The notes under the pieces: model-generated | Told to the model about the DNA's origin: nothing | Databases searched by the model: none | What the model saw: the letters and a program-made list of their open reading frames with translations, nothing else | Source of the DNA: Prochlorococcus sp. AG-679-M23 | GTDB lineage: Bacteria; Cyanobacteriota; Cyanobacteriia; PCC-6307; Cyanobiaceae | Direction of reading: 5' to 3' | Length of the DNA stretch: 64,000 nucleotides | Assembly (NCBI GenBank): GCA_003208875.1 | Contig: QCUR01000002.1 | Span: 96,001-160,000, forward strand | Shown here: in pieces, positions 56,847 to 64,000 of the stretch | Layout of the letters: the number at the start of each line of letters is the position of its first letter | Position numbering within the stretch: the stretch's first letter is position 1 | Translations under genes and position numbers: made by a program

Positions 56847-56858
56847 CTGATTTAAAAA

Positions 56859-56929
56859 AGGCGGCACCCAGATTCGAACTGGGGATAAAGGATTTGCAAT
56901 CCTCTGCCTTACCACTTGGCCATGCCGCC
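56859..56929 (-). tRNA. tRNA-Cys(GCA)
   Basis: Reverse complement GGCGGCATGGCCAAGTGGTAAGGCAGAGGATTGCAAATCCTTTATCCCCAGTTCGAATCTGGGTGCCGCCT; no encoded CCA. Confidence 0.97.
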
Positions 56930-56938
56930 GATAGAGAA

Positions 56939-58201
56939 ATGATTCAATCACATTATGATCCTACCAGTAGCGCGTCTCATTCTGTATTAATTATATGTAA
57001 TGGACATGGGGAAGATGTTATCGCATTAGAAATAATAAAAAGATTCTTAAAAAAAATAAAAATTAAAAAAGTTGAAGTTATGCCATTGGTTGGCAATGGT
57101 AAGATTTTTGACTGCATAAAATCAAAGAATTTTAGCAAAATTGGTTGTCTTAAGGAATTACCAAGCGGAGGTTTTAGTAATCAAAGCTTAAAAGGATTTC
57201 TTCTTGATTTTTTCGCTGGGTTTTTAGTAGATACTTTTAAAAACTTTTTAATTTTAAGAGGCAAATCAAAAGATAATTATAAAATTATTGCCGTGGGTGA
57301 TTTGTTGCCTTTATTTTTTGCGTGGATTTCAAAATGCGAATTTAGTTTTGTCGGCACGCCTAAAAGTGATCATACATGGAGTAATGGACCTGGATGGGCA
57401 TTGAGTGACTTTTATCATAAATTTAAAGGCTCTGAATGGGACCCTTGGGAAATTTTTTTAATGAGGTCTCCTAGATGTAAAAGTTTAATAATGAGAGATG
57501 AAATTACAGCAAATAATTTAAATAAAAAAAAGATTAGTGCTAAATATTTTGGGAACCCAATGATGGATTTTGTAGATACAAAAAATGAAAATATTTCTAA
57601 TATTATTATGTTTAATAGGTTAATTTTAATTATAGGAAGTCGATTCCCTGAAGCTCTAAATAATCTTGATATTTTTTTAAAATGTTTAGAAGATGTAAAA
57701 ATATCAAATGATTTGATTATTCTTTTGCCTCTAAGTATTAATGCAAATGTTTTTACGATTAAGCGTCATTTATCTAATAATGGTTATTTGGAAGAAAATA
57801 ATGTGAATTTTTTGGTTGGTGAAGATTCAGTTTGGAAAAATAAAGATAAATATATTTTGTTAGGCAAAAGTACTTTTAATCAGTGGGCTAATATGGCCTG
57901 TGTTGGATTGTCAAATGCAGGCACTGCTACTGAACAAATAACTGGCCTTGGTATACCCTCTATTTCTATTCCAGGCGCTGGCCCTCAATTCACAAAATCA
58001 TTTGCAAAAAGACAGTCTAGATTATTAGGAGGAAGTGTATTAGTTTGTGATAATAAAAAAACTCTTATTGAAAATTTAGAGGTTTTACTAAATAAAAAAG
58101 ATTACAGATTAAAACAAGTAAAAATCGGAATGAAAAGAATGGGTAAAAGGGGGGCTAGTAAAAAAATTGTGGATCATATAAATTTAAATTTGTTAACTTG
58201 A
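56939..58201 (+). CDS. Lipid-A-disaccharide synthase-related (GT-B) protein
   Basis: CNGHGEDV, PLVG.G, LPSGGF, GNPMMD, GSR.PEA, AGTATEQ, GPQFT; the track start at 56783 spans tRNA-Cys, so start moved to ATG 56939 (uncertain). Confidence 0.8.
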   Translation: MIQSHYDPTSSASHSVLIICNGHGEDVIALEIIKRFLKKIKIKKVEVMPLVGNGKIFDCIKSKNFSKIGCLKELPSGGFSNQSLKGFLLDFFAGFLVDTFKNFLILRGKSKDNYKIIAVGDLLPLFFAWISKCEFSFVGTPKSDHTWSNGPGWALSDFYHKFKGSEWDPWEIFLMRSPRCKSLIMRDEITANNLNKKKISAKYFGNPMMDFVDTKNENISNIIMFNRLILIIGSRFPEALNNLDIFLKCLEDVKISNDLIILLPLSINANVFTIKRHLSNNGYLEENNVNFLVGEDSVWKNKDKYILLGKSTFNQWANMACVGLSNAGTATEQITGLGIPSISIPGAGPQFTKSFAKRQSRLLGGSVLVCDNKKTLIENLEVLLNKKDYRLKQVKIGMKRMGKRGASKKIVDHINLNLLT

Positions 58202-58234
58202 TCAAGTAATATTTAAAAGGTTTTATAATTTTTT

Positions 58235-58501
58235 ATGTATCCTATTAATGATCGTCAATATATAGCAACATGCTCTGAGATAGCTAAGTTACTCAGTGTA
58301 AGTTTGTCCTCAGCAAAAAAAAAAGTAGAAATTCAAATTGCAAAAAAAGGTTCTAAAACTATTGAAGAAAAAAGACAAGTTGCACAAGATCTTTTGAAAA
58401 CATGTGAAAATGATAATAGAAACAAACAAAGTTCATCTAAAATACTAGATAAACTTATGTCGACTCTAGAAAATGAAGATAATTTTATAACTGAAGATTA
58501 A
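58235..58501 (+). CDS. Hypothetical protein (possible HTH-like N-terminus)
   Basis: 88-aa ORF; SEIAKLLSVSLSSAKKKV resembles an HTH. Confidence 0.65.
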   Translation: MYPINDRQYIATCSEIAKLLSVSLSSAKKKVEIQIAKKGSKTIEEKRQVAQDLLKTCENDNRNKQSSSKILDKLMSTLENEDNFITED

Positions 58502-59143
58502 TTAATGTTCAAATATATTCGAGAATTTTAATATATCTAATTCAGAATGAACTGGAATAGTCTTAAAACATTTTTGAGCCAACTCATATCTTCCTTCTCT
58601 ATCAAGAATCACCTTTAATTTGTGCATTGCCTCAATTAAATATCTAACGTCGTTGGCAGCATAATCAATTTGCTTATTAGATAAATCTTCCGAGCTTCCC
58701 CAATCACTACTTTGTGAACTTTTATCTAGTTCTACTTCTATTAATTCATTGATTAAATCTTTTAAGCCATGTTTATTTGTATAGGTTCTTGCTAATTTAC
58801 TGGCTATTTTTGTACAGAAAATATTTCTTGTATTAATTTCAAGATTACATCTTAGAGCTGCGACATCAAATCTGGCATAATGAAATATTTTCATTATGTT
58901 TTTATCCTCAAATAATTTTTTTATATTGGGTGAATCTGAGTTGTTAAGTTCTATTTTTATGCATGCAGTCAAATTTAATTCATTACATATTTGTATTAAA
59001 CAAAGCCTATCTCTTCCATGTATCAATCCCATTGCCTCAGTATCTACAGCTAAATAAGATGAGTTCTTGTAAAGATTATATAAATCAGTATTTATATCAT
59101 TATGGGAAAAATTTATTTTTTTATTATTTTCACCATTTTTCAT
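58502..59143 (-). CDS. rnd: Ribonuclease D-like 3'-5' exonuclease
   Basis: AVDTE, KIFHYARFDV, QSSDW, YAANDV (DEDDy motifs). Confidence 0.9.
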   Translation of the reverse strand: MKNGENNKKINFSHNDINTDLYNLYKNSSYLAVDTEAMGLIHGRDRLCLIQICNELNLTACIKIELNNSDSPNIKKLFEDKNIMKIFHYARFDVAALRCNLEINTRNIFCTKIASKLARTYTNKHGLKDLINELIEVELDKSSQSSDWGSSEDLSNKQIDYAANDVRYLIEAMHKLKVILDREGRYELAQKCFKTIPVHSELDILKFSNIFEH

Positions 59144-59311
59144 AAGTATTAACGATAATTTATTTTAATTTTTACTTTACATTATTTTCTAAGTTTGTGA
59201 TTAAATTTTTTCTAAGGATTTAAAGTAAATTTTTAACCATAAAAAATTTAAAATTATATTATGATAAATTTCTAATTAGACAAAATAGTTAATATTATTA
59301 GTTGTGTATAA

Positions 59312-59872
59312 ATGACTTATTCCCTTAATTCAACATTATTACTTACAATTCTTCTTGCAATAGGTTTATTTTTTTTCCTAAGAGCTTCAAGTAAGGATAG
59401 AACGACAATAGTTGAAATAACTTCGTCTCAAAAACCTATAGAAGTTTTAAAAGTTATGTACGAATGGCTTGATTTAAGAGGTTGGAACCAGACAGGTGGA
59501 GATTTTGATCAAAGAATTTTAATATTTAAAGGCCAAGTTGTATCTAGCAAATTTTTAGCAATTTTTTTAGGTTTTCTTGGTGGGTTTGGATCCTGTGCTC
59601 TAGGGTTAGTAATTATTCAAATTTATCCAACTTTGGGATGGTGGCCTATTCTTTTAGGTTTAATTGGAGGTCCTTTATCAGGAATGATTTATTTTAAGAA
59701 ATCAGCTAGGGAAGAAAAATTTGAATTGAAATTGATAAGTAGTGAAGATAATGAAGAAATGACATTAATTAGATTAAGAGCTCATAGAGATGAATTAATT
59801 TCCTTAGAAAATGAATTAAGAGATAGGCTCAAATTAAAAAGTGATGGTTCTTTGTTTAAAACACCAATTTAG
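59312..59872 (+). CDS. ccb1: Cofactor assembly of complex C subunit B (CCB1-like, cytochrome b6 heme ci)
   Basis: LTILLAIGLFFFLRASSKDRT, AHRDEL. Confidence 0.8.
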   Translation: MTYSLNSTLLLTILLAIGLFFFLRASSKDRTTIVEITSSQKPIEVLKVMYEWLDLRGWNQTGGDFDQRILIFKGQVVSSKFLAIFLGFLGGFGSCALGLVIIQIYPTLGWWPILLGLIGGPLSGMIYFKKSAREEKFELKLISSEDNEEMTLIRLRAHRDELISLENELRDRLKLKSDGSLFKTPI

Positions 59873-59901
59873 TAAAATTTTCTAAATAGGTTTCAAGCAA
59901 T

Positions 59902-60930
59902 TTAATCAAAAATATTATTTTCCATACAAAATTTTTCTAAATTTTTATCATTTTGCCAATCCTGAGGTTTTGTGAAAATATTTGTGAGATAATCTTCTCT
60001 TGATCCTTTTTTGGCTTTATACCCATATTCCCATCTAGCCAATGGTGGTAAAGACATTAAGATAGATTCAGTTCTACCATTTGTTTGTAATCCAAAAATT
60101 GTTCCTCTGTCCCAAACCAAATTAAATTCAACGTATCTTCCTCGTCTATATAGTTGAAATTCTCTCTGCTCTTTTGTGTAATTTTGGTTAACTCTTTTTT
60201 CAATTATTGGTTGATACGAATCTAAGAATGCTTCACCGCAATTTTCTGCTAATGAAAATAAATTATTCCAATTTAAGTTTAATTCTCCAATATTAATAGA
60301 TTCTTTATAGGCCTTACTCTCTTTATTATCACCTTTATAAATACTGCCAGAACCATCTTGATAATCATAAAAGATCCCTCCAATACCTCTAGATTCATTT
60401 CTATGTTTTAAAAAAAAATATTCATCACACCATGGCTTAAATACCTTGTATAGATTTTTATTCACTTTTTCACAGGCATTACAATGTTCTTTATGAAAAT
60501 TTCTTACATCAGTTAAATATGGATAATATGGCGTTAGGTCGGCACCTCCACCAAACCACCAAACTGGTCCTGCTTCAAAATAACGATAATTAAGATGTAC
60601 TGTAGGTATAAATGGACTTTTAGGGTGTAAGACCATCGAAGTGCCAGTAGCAAACCATTCATGGCCCTTAGCTTCTGGTCTTTGTGAGATTATCGATTGA
60701 GGGAGTTCTTTCCCATGTACTTCTGAGAAATTCACTCCAGCTTGCTCAAAAATTGAGCCGTTTTTTAAAACTCTAGACCTTCCCCCTCCACCTTCTTCTC
60801 TGAGCCAAGATTCTTCAGTAAATTTAGCTTTTCCATCAATATTTTCCAGGCCTTTGCAAATATTATCTTGTAACTTGAGTAAGAGATTCTTCGTTTTTTC
60901 TCTTGAATTATTAGGGGGTTCTTTAGACAT
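59902..60930 (-). CDS. hemF: Oxygen-dependent coproporphyrinogen III oxidase
   Basis: [40 protein letters not shown]. Confidence 0.98.
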   Translation of the reverse strand: MSKEPPNNSREKTKNLLLKLQDNICKGLENIDGKAKFTEESWLREEGGGGRSRVLKNGSIFEQAGVNFSEVHGKELPQSIISQRPEAKGHEWFATGTSMVLHPKSPFIPTVHLNYRYFEAGPVWWFGGGADLTPYYPYLTDVRNFHKEHCNACEKVNKNLYKVFKPWCDEYFFLKHRNESRGIGGIFYDYQDGSGSIYKGDNKESKAYKESINIGELNLNWNNLFSLAENCGEAFLDSYQPIIEKRVNQNYTKEQREFQLYRRGRYVEFNLVWDRGTIFGLQTNGRTESILMSLPPLARWEYGYKAKKGSREDYLTNIFTKPQDWQNDKNLEKFCMENNIFD

Positions 60931-61088
60931 TTATTTAACTTGATATTTGAAGAATAAAATTTTTGGTTAATTAGTAGTTTCCCTTTATAATTTCGTTTAA
61001 GGGGGTGGTAATTTCTTATTATTCTAAAGTTCGACATAGTTCTTAATCTTTTAAAGAGTCGACTAACCTATAAAAACATTTAAAAATT

Positions 61089-62159
61089 TTGATGACTACA
61101 GTCGAAGATGCGAATTATTCATTATCAAAGATTCTAGATTCTGGATCAAAGAAAAATCTTATTGAACTTGCCTGGATTAAGAATGTTAGAGTAATTTTAC
61201 CCAGAATAATAATCACACTATCCTTACCTTCATTTGCAAATTCTCAAAGAGAGCGAATAGTAAAAGAGGTTAAAAATATACTCCTTAAATTTGAGGATGT
61301 TAATGATGTACAAATAGAAATTGATAATAACGTATCTAAACCTAATTCTACAAGCGAAAATAATTTAACTGAGTTGAAGAACATTAAAGGCATAAAACAT
61401 ATTATCGCTATAAGTAGTGGTAAGGGAGGTGTTGGTAAAAGTACAATTGCAGTTAATATCGCATGTTCGTTAGCTAAATTAGGTTTAAAAACTGGTTTAT
61501 TAGATGCTGATATTTATGGGCCTAATACTCCTTCAATGCTGGGAGTTACCGAAGAAAATCCAAAAGTAACTGATGGTAGCGGTAATGATCAAAGATTAAT
61601 TCCAATTAATAAATATGGTATCTCATTAGTCTCAATGGGTTTTTTGATAGAAGAAGGACAACCAGTTATATGGAGAGGACCAATGTTAAATAGCATAATA
61701 AAACAATTTCTTTATCAAGTTGAATGGAATAATCTTGACTTCTTAGTTATTGACTTACCTCCAGGTACAGGAGATGCTCAAATATCTTTATCTCAATCTG
61801 TTCCTATTTCTGGTGCAATTGTTGTAACGACACCTCAAAAAGTATCTTTGCAAGATGCAAGAAGAGGGTTAGCAATGTTTAAGCAACTTGGTGTTCCACT
61901 ATTGGGTGTTGTAGAAAATATGTCTGTTTTTATTCCACCAGATATGCCTAATAAAAAATATGAAATTTTTGGTAAAGGTGGTGGGAAAATCTTAGCTGGG
62001 GAAAATAATTTACCATTACTTGCTCAAATTCCTATCGAAATAAAACTTGTCAATGATAGTAATAAGGGTGTTCCAATTTCAATAAGTGAACCAGATAAAG
62101 AAAGTTCAATTAGATTTAAAGAGTTAGCTCAATTGATTAAAAAACAATTTATTAATTAG
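61089..62159 (+). CDS. mrp: Mrp/NBP35 Fe-S cluster carrier ATPase
   Basis: SGKGGVGKST, DADIYGP, WRGPM, DLPPGTGD, VENMS. Confidence 0.95.
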   Translation: MMTTVEDANYSLSKILDSGSKKNLIELAWIKNVRVILPRIIITLSLPSFANSQRERIVKEVKNILLKFEDVNDVQIEIDNNVSKPNSTSENNLTELKNIKGIKHIIAISSGKGGVGKSTIAVNIACSLAKLGLKTGLLDADIYGPNTPSMLGVTEENPKVTDGSGNDQRLIPINKYGISLVSMGFLIEEGQPVIWRGPMLNSIIKQFLYQVEWNNLDFLVIDLPPGTGDAQISLSQSVPISGAIVVTTPQKVSLQDARRGLAMFKQLGVPLLGVVENMSVFIPPDMPNKKYEIFGKGGGKILAGENNLPLLAQIPIEIKLVNDSNKGVPISISEPDKESSIRFKELAQLIKKQFIN

Positions 62160-62164
62160 TATTA

Positions 62165-63433
62165 ATGTTTAAGGAAATTTCTTTAAAAAAGAAAAAGAGA
62201 TTTTTTGAAAGAAAACATAAAATTAATCGAAAAATTATTTTTTCACCTTTACTAGTTATCCCTTTAGCGTTAGTTTTTATTTCAAGTATTTTAATAAAAA
62301 GTGTACAAAGAGAATTTTTACAATCAGATTTTTTAAATCATCTTTTCACAGGCTTATTAGGTTATTTTTTAGCTATTTTTATTTCATATATACCAATAGA
62401 AAGACTTAAAAAATATTTGATTCCATTCTATTTTTGCTCTTTACTATCATTACTTTTAATTTATTTTTTTGGGATCTCAATATATGGTGCGCAAAGATGG
62501 CTGAGCTTAGGGATTTTTTCTTTTCAACCTTCGGAGGTAGCTAAATTGAGTACTATCTTAACTCTTGCATTAGTGCTGGAAAAGAAATCTATTTCTTCGA
62601 TAAAAGATCTAATATTACCTTTTTTAATTGTAGTCATTCCCTGGTTATTAATATTTTTCCAACCTGATTTAGGTACTTCTCTAGTTTTAATAGTATTGAC
62701 CTTTGTAATGCTTTATTGGTCCAGAATGCCGATAGAATGGTTTCTCATTTTGGTTTGTTGTATTTTTACCTCATTATTTTATTTAATTTCTCCAAACTTG
62801 CTTATTTTCTGGCTTGCTTTTATGGCTTACTTAGCTTATAGGTCCTCGCAAAAGAAAATCATCTTCTCGATGTTGATTTTAGCTCTTCATTCATTAGTTA
62901 TAAAGTTGACACCTTTTATTTGGGAATTTGGCTTAAAAGATTATCAAAAAGATAGATTAGTTCTGTTCCTAGATCCTAGTAGGGACCCTTTAGGCGGAGG
63001 ATATCATTTATTGCAAAGTAAAATAGCAATAGGTTCTGGAGGCCTTCTTGGTACTGGTTTATTAAATGGTAAACTTACAAATTTACAATTTATACCTGAA
63101 CAACATACAGATTTTATCTTTAGTGCGTTAGGGGAAGAACTAGGTTTTTTAGGATGCATTCTGGTTCTTTTTTTGTTTTTTGTTTTGATTAGTGGTCTTG
63201 TTAAGGTATCTGAAAATGCCAGAACTCATTTTGAGTCATTAATAATTATTGGAATAGCGTCAACATTTTTATTTCAGATCATTATTAACTTATTCATGAC
63301 TATTGGATTAGGTCCAGTAACTGGCATCCCGCTACCTTTTATGAGTTATGGTAGGACTTCTTTACTAATTAACTTTATATGCATTGGTCTAGCATTATCT
63401 ACTTTAAATCGCTCTAGATCATTAAAAAATTAA
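62165..63433 (+). CDS. rodA: SEDS family peptidoglycan polymerase RodA
   Basis: GAQRW, QPSE.AK, QPDLGT, PEQHTDFIFS, GIPLPFMSYG. Confidence 0.9.
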   Translation: MFKEISLKKKKRFFERKHKINRKIIFSPLLVIPLALVFISSILIKSVQREFLQSDFLNHLFTGLLGYFLAIFISYIPIERLKKYLIPFYFCSLLSLLLIYFFGISIYGAQRWLSLGIFSFQPSEVAKLSTILTLALVLEKKSISSIKDLILPFLIVVIPWLLIFFQPDLGTSLVLIVLTFVMLYWSRMPIEWFLILVCCIFTSLFYLISPNLLIFWLAFMAYLAYRSSQKKIIFSMLILALHSLVIKLTPFIWEFGLKDYQKDRLVLFLDPSRDPLGGGYHLLQSKIAIGSGGLLGTGLLNGKLTNLQFIPEQHTDFIFSALGEELGFLGCILVLFLFFVLISGLVKVSENARTHFESLIIIGIASTFLFQIIINLFMTIGLGPVTGIPLPFMSYGRTSLLINFICIGLALSTLNRSRSLKN

Positions 63434-64000
63434 TGAAATCTCTGATAACTATAAAAAAAATTCAAGATTTACTTCTGCAAGGATTAAATACCTCATATGT
63501 TGATGACGAAACTTCTAGACGGATGTGGTGGGCTTCTTTAGAAGTTGTTCAAAAAGAGTTCCTCTCCCATTCCACTCAAGAAGGAGGATTTTGGGTAGCT
63601 TCTCCTTTGCCTGCTCTCACAGATAAAAAATGTCTTGCAAAAATGCAAGGTTGGTTATGGTCTCCAGAAGGTTTTCCATATTTTCAGATGGATAATGCTG
63701 GTTTCCTACCAGTAGATCATTCCATAAAAATTAAAGAAGATAGTAATTTTGTTAGGAATTATAAAGTCTTAAATTTAAATACTAAAGATGGTTATGAACC
63801 TTTTTTAATAATTATTACTACTAATTTTCAATGTCTTTTAACAATTGCAGGAGAAAAAGACAAGAGAACTTTACTTATGAGATGCGATGAAAACAGCCTA
63901 AAAACTGCAATTGAATTGATTGATGCAAAATTGAATCAAGAACATTATGAAGAAGCAATTAATTTTCGTAATGCAATTAAAAATTTAGGAGATCTTAATA
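63433..64000 (+). CDS. Probable sensor histidine kinase (Hik2-like), N-terminal part, runs off window end
   Basis: Open frame from ATG overlapping the rodA stop (MKSLITIKKIQ...RRMWWASLEVVQ...ASPLPAL...); kinase domains lie outside the window, so identity rests on recalled synteny. Confidence 0.55.
   Translation, partial: MKSLITIKKIQDLLLQGLNTSYVDDETSRRMWWASLEVVQKEFLSHSTQEGGFWVASPLPALTDKKCLAKMQGWLWSPEGFPYFQMDNAGFLPVDHSIKIKEDSNFVRNYKVLNLNTKDGYEPFLIIITTNFQCLLTIAGEKDKRTLLMRCDENSLKTAIELIDAKLNQEHYEEAINFRNAIKNLGDLN

Noticed and set aside
56783..56938. 52-aa N-terminal extension of the LpxB-like ORF
   Set aside because: Overlaps tRNA-Cys on the opposite strand; unlikely to be translated

Overview
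AT-rich, very gene-dense core-genome segment of a marine picocyanobacterium. Gene content and order (psbZ-ribH, secA-cysE-plmA-infC-miaA-gyrB, mreBCD, thiC-tkt-fabF-acpP-psaC-glmS, ho1-pebA-pebB, panC/cmk fusion) point to a high-light Prochlorococcus, probably MED4-like; this is inferred from recall, not a search. The window holds about 60 CDS (partial mutS and a partial sensor kinase at the edges), three tRNAs (Gly-GCC, Arg-CCT, Cys-GCA), RNase P RNA and a TPP riboswitch. I see no CRISPR, integrase, transposase, prophage or multi-gene novel system. The non-routine signals are small and cluster at tRNA 3' ends. They are: a SnoaL+GtrA pair after tRNA-Gly; a probable multiply frameshifted pseudogene after tRNA-Arg that shares a 14-nt in-frame repeat with its neighbour; and an unannotated 53-aa four-Cys protein plus nested repeats after tRNA-Cys. 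Other notes are a candidate HLR1/RpaB site upstream of srrA, a homopolymer-dependent RNase III C-terminal extension and an A15 tract in a divergent promoter.
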